The notes beneath the pieces were generated by a model, which was not told where the DNA came from, did not search any database, and saw only the letters and a list, made by a program, of their open reading frames with translations. Of a stretch of 64,000 nt of DNA, positions 63,892 through 64,000 are shown piece by piece. Position 1 is the first letter of the stretch, and each line of letters opens with the position of its first letter. The translations under genes were made by a program, and so were the position numbers. The stretch lies in NCBI GenBank assembly GCA_047495785.1, contig JBLDXI010000021.1, positions 992,001 to 1,056,000 of the forward strand, written 5' to 3'. This stretch comes from Lepidodermella squamata (lineage: Eukaryota; Animalia; Gastrotricha).

Positions 63892-64000
63892 ACTTGACCG
63901 CGCGCGGCGGCTAGAGAGCCATTCATTGCGCGCCAAGGAGTTAATAATCTGTCCGGTGCCGCTGATCAATGTCATAAGTTCAAGAGTCGAGGCCTTGAAG

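Overview
Eukaryotic DNA from an unidentified invertebrate with a compact genome and mostly ~45-60 nt GT-AG introns, so the ORF track shows only exon fragments. Gene models were spliced by eye. From left to right: an aquaporin with a divergent selectivity filter; a ~15.7 kb gene for a giant secreted mosaic protein (about 12 EGF, 8 C-type lectin, 3 F5/8C discoidin, 4 fibrinogen-C, 1 PAN and ~5 sushi domains) with an antisense PAN+thaumatin gene nested in its last large intron; and a Shaw-like Kv channel with a degenerate S6 gate and two candidate microexons. From 25.9 to 62.9 kb lies a cluster of 14 secreted or GPI-type alpha-carbonic anhydrase (CA) genes carrying 18 CA domains. The cluster includes a triple-domain CA, a pseudoenzyme+enzyme double CA, a double pseudoenzyme and several active-site variants. 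It is interrupted by a divergent homeodomain/AT-hook gene, a TA-flanked MITE and a BTB-BACK-Kelch gene. The CA cluster and the mosaic lectin/thaumatin locus are the best candidates for undescribed systems. Residue numbers refer to human CA II and AQP4 and come from manual motif alignment. No database searches were run.
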